Source: Paraspadella gotoi
Taxonomy: Eukaryota > Animalia > Chaetognatha
Direction of reading: 5' to 3'
NCBI GenBank assembly: GCA_051294375.1
Contig: CM119271.1
Coordinates: 366,721-430,720, forward strand
DNA: 64,000 nucleotides
A model generated the notes under the pieces. That model worked only from the letters and a program-made list of their open reading frames with translations. It searched no databases and had not been told where the DNA came from. A program made the translations under genes and the position numbers. Each line of letters starts with the position of its first letter. Positions within the stretch are counted from its first letter, which is position 1. Below, in pieces: positions 1 through 12,992 of this stretch.

Positions 1-479
1 GGACCTCGTCTCGGAGATAGAGAGAATCCGAATTGACCGTGGTCGAAGCATGAGCAGCATCGATCTTAATGTTAACAGACTTGGGAACTAAGAGCGATCT
101 CCATTGCCGTAACTTGAGAGCGGTGCCATTTTTCCGAAACGAATTCAATACTAGCACGGCCATAATACCATTGACCACTCAAGTGTAATGTAATCTTGTA
201 AACTTGAAAAACAATAAAATGAACAATTTTTTCCCCAAAATTTGTCATGGTCTTAATTCTTTTTATTTCACTTAAGCTACTTTTCCTCGCTTTTTTTCTT
301 AAGACCTCTGGTTGTTTAATGTTCAACCCCAAAGCCACGGAAAGAAAATTAAAAGCATTTAAAATATATTTTGTTTTCGCAAACCTACTAAATACATTTT
401 TCATAAAATATGACTGAAAAAAGTCCACGACTCTGATCCCTACGATCGTTAAAGAAAAAACAAAAAAGACTAAAAATTC

Positions 480-3400
480 AGCTTCACTGACGTCGATGTC
501 GAAGACAGGCGCGGTGTGCAGCGTCCCCTTCCACAGTAGCGGGATGGAAGAAGAGATGTCCCACAGCCTCATGGTCCGATCCGCGCTGCCGCTGACGATC
601 CAAGGAAAGCAGAAGCGAACCACTTTGAGGGCGTTGGTGTGGCCCGTAAGGATCGCCACCTGCTCCCCATCGGCGATGTTCCAGACGCGAACCGAGTGAT
701 CTCGGGACCCGGTCACCGCGTACTCGTCGTCGCAGTCAACGCAATCGACAAGATTCTCGTGGCCCCTGGGGATTTAAAAGAGTGGATTTAAGGGAGAAAA
801 GAATTAATTTCCCATTTTCCCGCCTCTCCGATTCCCCACCAATGCTCGAAGACTCACATCAATTTAAAAGAGTGGATTTAAGGGAGAAAAGAATTAATTT
901 CCCATTTTCCCGCCTCTCCGATTCCCCACCAATGCTCGAAGACTCACATCAATTTCCTCGCCAACTTGAAAGACGTCGGGTGACGCACGACCTCCCAGAC
1001 TGCGGCCGTCTTGTCGCGGCATCCCGTCACCATTACGTCGCCGCGGATGCGAAAGCAACTGAGGCCGGCATCGTGTGCGTGGCAGGCGAGGAAGGCGCCA
1101 GTCTCCGCGTCCCAAATCGTCATCTCGTTGCCGAGATTGTAGCAGGCGACTAAGTAGCCTTCCTGCGAGAGGGAGGGGAGAGAGAAGGAACAAAATTGAA
1201 AAACGATGCCAATAAGAAACAGACTAAAAGCACGAGGACCTGAAAATAATTTAATCATAAATCAAAGGAAAAAAAATCCGCGTCACCTGAAAACCGAAAC
1301 CGGAAATGGGAGAGTTTCCGGCGACGTCGATCTTCGCCTTGCAGTCGCCCGTCACCATGTCCCACAAGCGGATCACGTTTTTCTTTCCTGAAAATTCTCA
1401 AACGTGAGCTACAAATAGCGGTAGCCGACAAAATTCAAATTTTAATGCGAACAGCATTAAACTAATCGATTATTGGTATTAATTATTGTCATAACATATT
1501 TTTTTTTTTGCAAAAATGTTCCGAACCATGAGTAATTCGCTAATTAAAATTATTATATTACTAAATATTTAAGGAAAAACAGTGTGTGACTAGGGTAGTC
1601 TGGTGATTTTTTTATTTTTGTTAAGAAAATTTTTTTTTCGCGTTCTGTCATGTAGCAGACATCGTTAGCTTTCATATGATACCTCACATGATGCATTAAA
1701 ATTATTTTATGATAGAATTATTCTCTGCGTTGATGACATAAAAAAACAAAAAATGAGATAATTTTTTTCTGCCAGGCCTAGTAGACACAGCTAAATCTTA
1801 AAATTTAAAAATCTGATAGTATAGTCTTTTAGCCCTATGTCAGTTGTTTTTAAATCAGGGGGAATAAAGTTTGAACTCCTAAATTATCATATTTAAATCA
1901 TATGTTTGTTAAGGTTCCTGCATGATTTTTTTAATTTTTTTGTTTTTAACAAAATGATAATCATTATCCTTAGTAATTATATAAACATTTGAGGTATAGA
2001 AAATTTTTGTTTATATCAGAAACATAATTCAATCTTTTCTCTTTCAGAATCTATTTTTATTTATTTTTTTAAATGTGGCCAAGTGTGTTTAATTTAATTT
2101 CAAATGTTGTTATACTTTTGACTAGATTCCGATCAAGATTTAAAAAAATCTTTTGAAACATTTTAAAAAAATTATATGGAAAAGATGCCCCATAATTATG
2201 GCTTTAATATGATACCTGTCTCATCGTTCTATCATTTTTGGTTCAAGAGATATCAAAGAAAATCAATTTTTTTATTAACAATTAAGTGACTCGGCCGAAG
2301 CTAAAAATTTAAGTGGAACCATACCAAAACAACTTGCTTTCAAGGCATATCGCGTCTATGCGCGTCTACGTATGTCAATTTTAAAAACAGATTTGGAATC
2401 CTCAAACGCATATTTTAGGACTAAGCTCTGACGAAAAAAGTCAGAGGTTTTTTTAATATATTCTTTGATCGGCCAATGTAGAATGATGGCAATATTGCTA
2501 TTTTTAAGTTTCAAAAAAATCCGAGCATAAATATAGAAAATATTAACCAAAATCTTCGGAAAATCCACCCCTTCTTTGGAAGATTTTCGCCATATAAGAT
2601 TTTTTCCGAATCTGACTCCCGGTTGAAAACTCTTAGAATTCCGATCGTTAGCTCCTCTTTTACTTTTACTTTAAATAAAAATTTCACTAAAATGGACTAA
2701 TTCACTTTAACATGATCGTATCATATTAAAATAACCAAATGAAATGTAAAGAAAAATTTTGAGAGCCCTTCAGACATATTGCTATCGGATTCCTGAATTT
2801 GAAGTTTATTGTAAAATGACAACATACCTTAAATGCGTTGACATTGTATTGAAGTTGAGAAATCCCTTTATTTTATATATAAAAATTGCGTCAAAAATAT
2901 TTTCCCGAGTGGACTAGTACATTTGAATCGAATGGTTCGATGTCAAAATGATGGTTATTTGTCAAGAGAAAAAAAATGCGAGCCCTTCAGACGTAACAGG
3001 ATCGGAATCGACTGTTTTTACATCTATTTTTTACCTAAATTTTTCCCAGGGGCGTTGACATTATTTGGTAGTCAGATTTTAACGAAAATCTCCATTGAAA
3101 AAGTCTTCCTCGATTTCTAAGAACGACGTAGACTCCTACATATTTACTAGTAACCTGACGACATCATTTTTAGTTAATATCTATCGATTTCAATGAAAAA
3201 AAAGGTACTAGATATATTGCATGTGATTGAACAATGTTATTCCAATAATACTTTTATCAATTTTATGTATTTTGTAAGTATTTTAAGTATTTTTATTCAG
3301 TGAGTAAAATAATAACTTTTTTATTCGCTATTTTTTATCTCGGACGCTTAAGAAAAAAGGTCATTCAATTCAACTTTCAAAAATAGGCCAAATGGAGTAC

Positions 3401-6400
3401 AAATTCAGTAAGCTGAGCTCCTGGCGATTCCGAAAATGTTTCACTTTAAACATTTGATGCATTCTACCCCATTTTATATCGGTTTTAATTATAATATAAA
3501 TAAAAGAAACCATCTGTAGAGTTGCAGGTCAAACGAAAAGGCCAATCCATCTGATATTTTTTATGAATTTTTTATTACTGAATTAGAAAAATGTAATAGA
3601 GAGACATTTTTAAATTTCAACTTGTATCCTTAAAAATGAAACGTTTTTAAACTTTAACCCTGAATTCTTTCTAACTGGAACGCGTTTATCAAAATGTCTC
3701 TCTATTACATTTTTACAAATGTTTTTAAGATTGCTAATCAAATTTTTAATTCAATATTATTGCAGTCGTTTAGGCTGCAACTCTTCAAATTCAGTGTAGA
3801 TTCATTGTAGCTCGAAATTCTTACCATCTATTTAACTGAAGATTTTGTTCATGACTGGAAAACCAACAGAAGTAACGAGATTGATTGTTTAATTCTCCCC
3901 TTCTAAATTATCCCTTACCGTGTTTTAACTTCTTACCTAGAATTTTTTAACAATCAGATTGAAAAACTAATCTTTAAAAAATGTGCTTACCCATTTAACT
4001 TAACAATTTTGTTATTTACCCATTTAAAAAAATGATTAAAAACGGATTGTTTACATATAAATAAAAACTTATTTTTTTTGTGATTACTGCTCATTATAAT
4101 GTATTTCTCGATATATTAGCTCTAATACATCAAAATGATTACGTATTGTTATGCTGAATGACCTTTCCTCTTAACGCCAGACTTCCCAAATGTGACAACG
4201 AATTTTTATTTCATAGGGACATGTTTCGACTCTGTGGTTGAGAGTCTTTATCAGTATTTGATTTAATCAACAATTTTCTCTTTTTAGAGAGAGAGAGAGA
4301 AAAAGAGGGAGATTCCAACAAAGAATTGAGAAAGGACAGTGGTCAGATGTGAGGACAGGTGAAGGTAAGGGCAAGGAAGAAGATAAATTGGTTGAAATTT
4401 TTTAAAGGTGAAAAAATTGAGGGAGAAAGAGAGAATAACAGAGGCAGAGAAAATAGTTACATTTGGTAAGGTACAACAAAGTAGTAACAAATCAATTAAT
4501 TAATAACTTAGTTTAACTATTAAGAATAAAATATGAAAGGGAAAATAAGTTGTTAAGGATAGTTAAGTGAAGATGTTAATGAAATTAAGATAAAGAAAGA
4601 GCTTAAAAAAGAGCTTGGAATATCCCTCTTTTTCTCTCTCTCTCTCTCTCTATTTCTTTATTTCTCAATGTAGCCCAAAGCCCGTTTCTTTAATACAATT
4701 CAATTCAATTCAATACAATTCAATTCTCTCTCTCTAAAAACTAACATAAAAGAGAAAATTTTTAATTCCTTTATGGAATATTAATTCTATATCGGTCCGC
4801 CTCGCTAGTCGATAGATCGCGCGTTTATCAGAGTAAGAAAAACGAACAAAATAACATCGAAAGATGCAAAAAAGAAAAACCAGGGAATGCCGTCACGAGA
4901 CCGGCCCTGACCAATGGGAGCCCGGCAAATCCCAAGCCGGCTCTCTCCCTCATCCGGGAATACGGAAGCCTCAATTCTTTTTTCGCGCTCATCTAGTTCG
5001 GTTGTTTCCTTACTGATTTCGCGTTTTTTCTTGACTTTTTCACGATTTTCTCGTATATCTACGTTCGAAACCCGCTCATTAGAAGTCATCAAGTAGAGAC
5101 GAACGTTCGGACAAGAAGTCCGACAGCCGAAAACGTTCGGACATGTCTCTAAACGTAGAGAGGGACTGGAGATCCCTCGGGGGCTCTAAAAACTCTCTCT
5201 CTAAAAACTAACATAAAAGAGAAAATTGTTGATTAAATCAAATGCTGATGAAGACTCTCAACCACAGAGTCGAAACATGTCCCTATGAAATAAAAATTCG
5301 TTGTCACACACTAAAAATCTTTTATTCATTAAACTTAAACAACGAAAAAGAAAGAATCATAACAATTGCTAAATATTAAATTTATAATATATTATTAAAT
5401 ATATAATATATTATTAAATATATAATATATTATTAAATATATAATATATTATTAAATATATAATATATTATTAAATATATAATATATAATATATATTATA
5501 TTTATAAAAATTTTTTTTAATATTTCAAGTTTTTTTAATTGATTCTAATAGAGCTAAAAAAGTTAAGCAAAAAATGAAATTATAACTTTGTAAAATTTCG
5601 ATGATGATGATTTTTTAAGGTTGTTCCTAATTTTAACCCTCTTATCATCGAAATATTGAAAAAAGAATTATACTTTGTTTGACAACTTTTCATAAGCTAT
5701 CTGAATCTGCTTTTTAACATAAAAATTTGTTAAAAAAATTTTTGACATTTTTTATCTATAAATAAATATTTAAAAAATAATTACTAGTGCTTCTAGCCAT
5801 TTTAGAAAATTTTGGTCCATTGAAAGTTTTCTCAGAAATGTATGAAGTTTCATTTGGGAAGGTTCTCAAATCAAACTTCTGACCCACCCCATTGACAAAG
5901 ATTGGCCCTACTACAAAGATCGATCTTTTTAAAGCAGTTAAAGATTTGACTAAACATTTGATCTCATGACCTGTAAAGTTATAAGCCGGATTTAAAATAT
6001 GGACACTGTCGAAAAAATCATTACGCATCATACTATTTTAACTCATGGATTAAAATCGCGTCACGAAAATTGAAGATTAACGAACCTCGAGTGGTCCAGT
6101 GTCCGCTAGCGATGACGCCGCCAGTAAAGTCGACGGCCAACTGCGACACCTCCTCTCCGGTCTGGATGACGCGTTTGACGTAGTTGACGGCCTTCCAGTT
6201 GTAGTCCAAGTCGCAGGCCGTGCTCAAAACCTTTAATTCAATATGGAAGGGGGGGAATTAGACTTTGTCACGCTCACGACTGTCTCTCAGTCCCTTACCT
6301 TAAAATAAAGGCGCTTGTAGGCGGCGTTGTCCGATTCCGGTTTTGACCGGCGCCGCAACTCGATGGCGATCCGCGCCAGCGTCGCCTCCTGGTTAAGCAG

Positions 6401-6688
6401 ACCGGCAAGGATGACTCGCCAGCATTTGGAGTCGCCAATGAGGCGGTGCCAGGCCTTGCAAGTGAGCTCGAGCTCGACGAGGGCGTGGCCGTCGAAATAG
6501 TGAAAGATGCTAGCGACGACAGGCTCCGCCAATCCGCCCACCGCCGAGACCAGGTCCGTCTCCCCGGCGTTGACCCGCCTGGCCACGTCGGCGACGCGCT
6601 CCAGGTGCTGCCGGCCGGCCTCAAGATCGGCGGCGCGGAGCTCGGCACGCGCCTGTTTGGACGCCTGACGAGCTTCGAGGGAAGACAT
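480..6688 (-). CDS. F-box/WD40-repeat protein (FBXW-like), multi-exon, 3' end unresolved and probably continuing off the left edge
   Basis: Exons read with GT-AG boundaries: 6688-6299 (F-box-like LAEPVVASIFHYFDGHALVELELTCKAW), 6230-6086, 1387-1287, 1162-948, 765-~490. WD40 repeats VTGCRDKTAAVWE, GHENLVDCV..VTGSRDHSVRVWN, GHTNALKVV..IVSGSADRTMRLWD. Confidence 0.85.
772..951. repeat. Perfect 2 x 90-bp tandem duplication of almost a whole intron
   Basis: Unit atttaaaagagtggattta...gactcacatca at 772-861 and 862-951; it includes the minus-strand donor AT|gtgagt. Confidence 0.95.
4191..5308. mobile_element. Fold-back hammerhead-bearing element (Penelope-like/retrozyme-like), copy 1
   Basis: ~100-bp inverted arms 4191-4295 and 5190-5308, each with a hammerhead core. 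Body shares ttccaacaaagaattgag..gtggtcagatgtgagg with the 26-kb copy and a close variant with the 59-kb copy. Confidence 0.75.
5241..5285 (+). ncRNA. Minimal type I hammerhead ribozyme (weak stem I)
   Basis: CTGATGA-a-GACTC(tcaaccaca)GAGTC-GAAAC-AT-GTC. The inverted partner at 4214-4258 has a mutated core (CTGATAA). Confidence 0.7.
5385..5500. repeat. AT-only minisatellite (~19-bp unit atataatatattattaaat)
   Basis: About 5 tandem copies visible. Confidence 0.85.
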
Positions 6689-6976
6689 GGCCGGAGTCAG
6701 GGGCAGGAAAGACTTCCGGTTCGTGGAAGGATATAATTGAAACTAAAAAAAAATATATAGAAAGTGGTAGTTGTGTCAACTTTCAAAAATAATCCAAAAT
6801 TGGAGGAGTAAAAAAAGAATAGAAATCGCCCAATATCAGAAAAAAAGAAAATATAAATTGAGCTGCAAACTCGCACCATTTTTCACATCAAGAACGATAT
6901 TCAAACGATAAAGTTATTGAAAAATATCACAGAAATAAAAAAAATTATAGCTATCACAGTATGAAATATATCACTA

Positions 6977-9467
6977 CCGCGTGAGCCAAATCCGATGATA
7001 CGAAAGAAAAATATAAAGAGAAAAAACTATATGCCAATAATAAAAATTTATAATAGTATTATTATTATTATTATAATTAAAAACGTCAATGATTTTTCTT
7101 TCAATTGGTATTAATAATACCAATTGAAAGAAAAATCATTGACGTTTTTAAAAAGTTTAAAACATTGCTTAAAAACGCTTTAAAACATTCTCAGAATGCT
7201 ATCAAAGCCTGTACAAAAAAACTCGGCATCGCTAGAAACAATTCTTCTTCATAAAGCAAAAAACCTTGTCCAAAAGCAGCTCTAATTTTTTACTATTACA
7301 AAAGTTGAATGCTCATAACAACTTTGATTTCAGCTTACAAACCTTTTTAGTTCTAAATCACCAAAAGAAAAAAATAAGATTTTACAGGTTGGAACCTCAG
7401 GAACTGATTTTTCTTGAAAAATTAAGGTAAAAAACTTTTATGCAGCAGACGCTGTGATTCACTGGTCACTATCAGTCTTGCCATAAGCACTAAACCGTAG
7501 TAAAAATTCTAAATTCAACTTTAATTAAACGAACAACATACTAAAAAACATTTGTGTATAAAAAAATTTTATAATAAATTTTTGAAATTTAATATTTATT
7601 GGATTAGTACTAGTATAAATATGACTTACTGCATAAATTGTAAATAGTTTTTTATAAGATTTTTTTGTAGATTTGGATTCATCATAAAAAGTTGATAAAG
7701 AAATATAACTATTTTAAAAAATATTTCATTAAGTTGATCAAATATAAAAAAAATCTATATTTTAAGCTGAATATTGTGATATAAATCCTTTCTTTTCGTT
7801 GTTTGGGACGATTAGAAACAGTTTGAGTTTAATTTTGACAACGATTTTATTTTAATGCAAAACAGACATGTTTGTTTTGCATTAAAATAAAATCGTTGTC
7901 AAAATTAAACTCAAACTGTTTCTAAGCTGAATATTAAAATTTTATATACCCGGTGTCCGTTCGCGAGTGACACCAAAAAAATACGTACCATTCCTCATTG
8001 AATATTTTTATTAATTTTCTTCTCTCATTCTATATCAAAGTAACTGACGTTTATTATATTTTAATTTCATAAAATTAATTTTATATTTACTTAGGTAAAA
8101 TAACCTTTCTTTCATAGTCATCCAATTTCATCTTCATTAAAAAAATTAAAAAAAAGAAAAAGAAAATCATTATAAATTAATTACTCATTAATTAATTAAA
8201 ATTATTGAAATTCATTTATATTTATAACTGGGAATCCTTACGATATAAAATAATTATTCAAGATGTAGCTTTGGCAATGACCTAAGATTGACAGGCTCGG
8301 AGAAAGAGGAGAGAGAAAGGGTTTAGAGAGAGAGACCGGTGGTAAGTCGCCTCAAAGATAATAAAAAACATGGTCAGGACAGCATTTTTTTCATTTGGAC
8401 GAATTGTACAAAGAAAACTTAAGAATTTCAAATAAAAAAATAAATAAAAAATCATTACTCAAAAATTTCTAAACATTACTATAATTCCGATACGCCATTC
8501 ATTAGACCATTAATAAGGATTTCTTATGATGTAAAATTTTTCTTTAATGCAATTAAGAACACGCCTAAAATGTTATTTTTCTCGCCAATTTTACAGTGTT
8601 AGATAAAAAATTAAACATAGTATAATAAATGATTAAACACGAAATGAAACTTATACATAAAAAACGTCAAGTAGTTCTCCAACTAATGATATACTTATGA
8701 ATTATAATTATAAAATATATATTTTTCAAAAATTTTTAACCCACTTAATGAAAGAATTTTTTAAAATGATTTATATTTTTCTTTTATCAACTTTTGACGA
8801 GGAATTCAAATCTGAAATCAAAATTATGAAAAGCCTATTTTGATTTTTTTTTAATTTTATAAGGATAGTACTATATATAAATATAGCTTACTGCAAAAAT
8901 TGAAGAGCATGAAAGTGTTCACTAATAGTATGTTGTTCCTAATTGACATTTAGAACTTTCGTATTTAACTTTCAATACGCTCTAATAAGTACTCCTCTCT
9001 CTTTAGTTTTTCAATATAGGACAAGCTAATTATAGGCAGTGATAGACATCTTCGTCTTGCCAATAATCTTTTGGCACAAAAAAGCAGTCTTGGAAACTGC
9101 TTAGTCAGCCAGCTTGAATTATTTGAATAAAGGCTGGAGCTTCATTCTCTCAGGAACCAAAAGGTTTATGGACTTAATAGTGGGCAAAAAAACACCAATA
9201 TATCTGTGACACTGTCTTAAAAATTAAATACAAAATTTTTCATTGCACTCGATTTTTAACAAATATGATTCGCCGACAATTTGGCGATTTTATCATCTTT
9301 GTGAGAAAATAGATTTGAAGTTGTTAATGATAATTGATTAATATAAAATTTATACACAAAAAACGTCAAGTAGTTCTTTATCATTTAAAAAAATCTGAGT
9401 AAGTCTATCTCAACTCAGTAAAGTACGGCAGTGGTTTCTTTCGTATCATCGGATTTGGCTAACGGGG
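6977..9467. mobile_element. Non-autonomous TIR DNA transposon, TA target
   Basis: ta|ccgcgtgagccaaatccgatgatacgaaagaaa ... tttctttcgtatcatcggatttggctaacgggg|ta; sister copy at 28172-31946. Confidence 0.8.
7813..7925. repeat. Near-perfect ~112-bp palindrome centred on ACATGT (collapsed hammerhead element)
   Basis: ttagaaacagtttgag...gcaaaacagACATGTttgttttgc...ctcaaactgtttctaa; arms match the aaaatcgttgt tail of the hammerhead family; taagctgaatatt is duplicated at 7763 and 7923. Confidence 0.8.
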
Positions 9468-9499
9468 TAAATAAAAACGTTATCATTTACAAAAAAACA

Positions 9500-11512
9500 T
9501 CACAGAAGCCACTGTCGTAGCTTCGCGCATTCTTCTTTGTGTCCCTTTTTCCAATGTTTCCTTTGACATTCTTTTGAACAATAACTCGTTACCTTACAAT
9601 CAACGCAATACTTGAATTCACTTCCCGCGCTATCGACTTTAACACAAAATCTACAAATTTTGTGTCCAGCTTGACTTTGCTTTCGTCCTTCCTTTGTTTG
9701 TCTCAAAGGGTGAATATCGTAACGAATATGTCCAGGGCTATCTTTTAAACACCAATGTGCGGTCAGGAACGAGGGGTCATCGCCTATCACTGATACTTGC
9801 TCTCGAGGATTTCTCGAAACTATGTCATAGTAATGAAATCCTTTGTATTGATCAAAATTTATCCCGGGTCGACCGGAGACGGCGTTTTGGTAAAGACTTA
9901 AAACGATCTTTTCGTTAGAATTTAGAGAAATAACGTTATAAACGGTTTCCATTGGCATCGGACCAAGAAAGACGAATTTATTATTTTTCAATGTACCTTT
10001 GAAAGCCTCTTGGGACAAGTAAAGAACGCGGGTCTTGACGAAAATTTCGTTTTTTATCAGAATCAATTCGCATTCTCCATCTCGAGAATCCGAATCTCCA
10101 ATCGCGAACGCGTCAGTTTCCTCTTTTTCGTCCATTATTATCTTGGAGCTAACGACTTTGGCTTTTGACGTATGAAGCACAAACAAACCCCAGGCTACGG
10201 TGTCGAAGGATCTCCGTTCTTTATTGAAACCTCTCTCTCGTAGCCGCGCTCTACTCTCTGTTTGATCACAGTCTTTAAATTCACAGTTGATTGCGTTAAA
10301 TTTGCTATTCATTAAGACGATTCCTTTACACGTTACATCAACGTTAACGAGATTCGCTTCGCAATTATCCTGCAGCCAAATGGCTTTAACGTCGGTTATA
10401 ATTGTCGAATCTGAGATGAGTGCTTTGCTCGAGAAAAGTGTTAAAAATCTATCCTTCATCAAAATATAACTCTCTTCAATGTTTATATTTGTTTTCTCGC
10501 CAATTATAAAACGATTTTGGTCATTCCCATCAAATGAGGCAGCATATGAATTGTTAAAAGAAAACCTTCCATTCTGAACCTGTAATGAAAAGTCACCAAA
10601 GGAAATAAAGGCTACTCTAGAAATATAGATATATTCCCCTACTAAGAAAGACTTCTCACGAAAAACAATAAGCACATCAGTTATGGCTGAAAGTTCGTTG
10701 CGATTAATAATTGAAGAACTGATAGCTGTGTTCAACTTTTGAAAATCACAAGTTTTATACGGTAACCGATTTCCTACAACATTAATTTCTAATGTTTTAA
10801 GTGACAAAAATTCTCCTATTCCCAAATTATGGCATCGAAGGCCAAAATCATTTTCATAGACGCCAGGTTCCACTAGAATGGAAAATGGTTTACGCTTAAA
10901 TCTTGCAAATACCAAAGCATCTGTTATTGTCGAAAAGCAGCCCGCGCTGTTGGGGTTGACGTAAAAAACGTTGGAAGAAAATTTTATGGCGTCATAACCC
11001 GGTTGTCGTTTGATAAAATCTTCATAAAGAGGGTGATTCACGAGTTTGAGAACATACCAGAAATTACTGTCATTAATGGCTCCGACTTCTAGCTTTCTTT
11101 CGATGAGATGCGGATAAGTTCGATCTATATACTCGTCCAACAAGTCGACCAATTTATTGTCGTCGACATTGTCATCCCTTTTTGGAATTATGGACAAGGC
11201 TCGTACAAAATACAAATAGCCTTTAGACCAATCTAAGCAGACGTCCAAAGCTAATTTTGCCGCATCTCGAGATCTAATCAACATTTTAACTGTGTTCAGC
11301 GCTTGCTGAATCAAATTAGATTGAGATATCATTCCATGAAAGAGTTTAAAAGCCATTTGCGATTCGTTGGTGTAGCATTTGGCGACTTCTATTGGGTCAG
11401 CCCCTTCCTCTGAGGCCACTTTCGCCGCTTGATTGTAAATCTCCATTGCCTCCGCGCAATTCCCATTATCCAAATGCCTTTTGGCTTCGCGCTTTAGTTC
11501 CACGTAACGCAT
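9500..11512 (-). CDS. Intronless 670-aa protein: N-terminal TPR-like helices, right-handed beta-helix (pectin-lyase-like) core, C-terminal MYND zinc finger
   Basis: C-terminus CRFC..YCVDCKVTSYCSKECQRKHWKKGHKEEC is zf-MYND. FSTITDAL..SILVEPGVYE resembles the start of a beta-helix domain. GNCAEAMEIYNQA..AKCYTNESQ is TPR-like. Confidence 0.85.
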   Translation of the reverse strand: MRYVELKREAKRHLDNGNCAEAMEIYNQAAKVASEEGADPIEVAKCYTNESQMAFKLFHGMISQSNLIQQALNTVKMLIRSRDAAKLALDVCLDWSKGYLYFVRALSIIPKRDDNVDDNKLVDLLDEYIDRTYPHLIERKLEVGAINDSNFWYVLKLVNHPLYEDFIKRQPGYDAIKFSSNVFYVNPNSAGCFSTITDALVFARFKRKPFSILVEPGVYENDFGLRCHNLGIGEFLSLKTLEINVVGNRLPYKTCDFQKLNTAISSSIINRNELSAITDVLIVFREKSFLVGEYIYISRVAFISFGDFSLQVQNGRFSFNNSYAASFDGNDQNRFIIGEKTNINIEESYILMKDRFLTLFSSKALISDSTIITDVKAIWLQDNCEANLVNVDVTCKGIVLMNSKFNAINCEFKDCDQTESRARLRERGFNKERRSFDTVAWGLFVLHTSKAKVVSSKIIMDEKEETDAFAIGDSDSRDGECELILIKNEIFVKTRVLYLSQEAFKGTLKNNKFVFLGPMPMETVYNVISLNSNEKIVLSLYQNAVSGRPGINFDQYKGFHYYDIVSRNPREQVSVIGDDPSFLTAHWCLKDSPGHIRYDIHPLRQTKEGRKQSQAGHKICRFCVKVDSAGSEFKYCVDCKVTSYCSKECQRKHWKKGHKEECAKLRQWLL

Positions 11513-12137
11513 CTTTTAAATGTTTGGTTCGGTTATGGGTTTTGTCTTTTACGACTGATACTGAACTTTTTGGGTTTCAAGTTCGGAGTAAAAACTATCA
11601 TAAAAGTTAAAAGTCAGTAACCCTAAAGATAAAAGTAGAAGATTTTCATAGAAAAATATTCAAAATAGATTTGAATCTTTTAAACAATTGAGTTTGGGTT
11701 TCCAAAACAATCGTATCTAATCATATAGACACCGATAGGCGACGGATACTAATCTGTTTTCATTACTCATACCGTATTTATCAATTTTTCGACAAGCTTT
11801 GATAAAAAGTTCCGACCAGGCCAGGAAGAATGTTCCGGTATTGAACGATACATCCGAAGGTCCGTTACCACCGAATGTAAAGTACTAGTTGTCTAAAAAC
11901 CCTCAGCCAAAATCTAACTCTTGGTTAATTGGCGAGTATGGAGGGGAAAGGAGCCGTCAACCAATTTGTGGAAAAAAAGATAAAAAGACTCGTTGACATA
12001 AATCACCAAAAATAGATTTAGAGAAAAAAAAATCAAACAGAGGCTCGAAAAGGAAGGATAAGCGGTTTTTGGTATTTATATATATTTTAAGTAAATCAGT
12101 AAACTCGCGTTTACAAGACGGATGTATTCAAGTGTTC

Positions 12138-12992
12138 TCAGTGGCAATGTTCGTTGACGTCGAGGACGGTCTGCTTCCGCCATCCGAAGAGGAAGTATCC
12201 CGCGCCGGCGCCGAGAACAACCGAAAGGCAGAGCCACACGTTGTAGGTCATAAAGACCAGCATCAACATGTAAGACACGGTAACCTGTGGGGTTTGGTCG
12301 AGAAGAAACCGTACACACGTGAGATGAAAACGATTTTTTTTTGGTTCTTAATGTTTACTGACATTCATTCGATTCGACATTCATTCAACCGATTCATTCT
12401 CTAAACAGACTTTTTATCTTTTTCGACCCGCAAAATCATCTTCCCCCTCAACAGACGCACCCCATTCTACCGTCCAGTCACCACTCACTTGAAATATGTG
12501 AAGGAATGTCTGAAGTCCGTGCCACTTGTTGCACATCTTCCTCCGGATGTCGTGGCCCTGCTGAAGGATGACTTGATCGGATCTGGCGGCGCCGTTGCCC
12601 TGGTTGTCCAACTCGTCTTGCGCGCCGAGGCTCCGCGGGTCACCCTGCAGCTGCAAGTGCGCCTTGTAAAGGAGCTCCTCGCGCAGGACCTTGAGACCCT
12701 CGTAAAGGAGCGCCACCACAAAAAGGATAATGCAGGAGCCAACCATAGCGCCGGCCGAGTACGTCTTCCAAAACTTGAACAGAATAGTCTCCATCACGCC
12801 AACATGGAAGTACATATTCATGGGCATGTCCATGTTCATGGTCTCGCCTCCCATCGCGTGTCCATCGCCGTGTCCGCTCGTCATCATGCCGGAGCGGGCG
12901 ACTGTGTGGTTAGTCATATGGTTTTGGTTTGGGCTGGGCATGTTGTGATGATCGTGGTGGGTCATATCGTGATGCCCATGGCCGCTATCCAT
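12138..12992 (-). CDS. SLC31A1: High-affinity copper transporter CTR1 (SLC31A family)
   Basis: Exons 12992-12489 and 12284-12138. His/Met-rich N-terminus, MNMYFH, LLYEGLK, TM2 MxxxM (MLVFM), C-terminal EHCH-stop. Confidence 0.95.

Larger units (their letters stand above)
1416..5912. mobile_element. Composite non-autonomous repeat block filling F-box gene intron 2
   Basis: Left end (gtagccgacaaaattcaaat) and right end (gacaaagattggccctact) recur at ~58794-60207. The internal 2416-3140 segment recurs at 28392-29095 and, inverted, at 33866-34520. Confidence 0.6.

Noticed and set aside
7078-7151. Perfect ~35-bp-arm hairpin
   Set aside because: A local fold-back inside a TIR element, absent from the sister copy near 31840; no sign of function.
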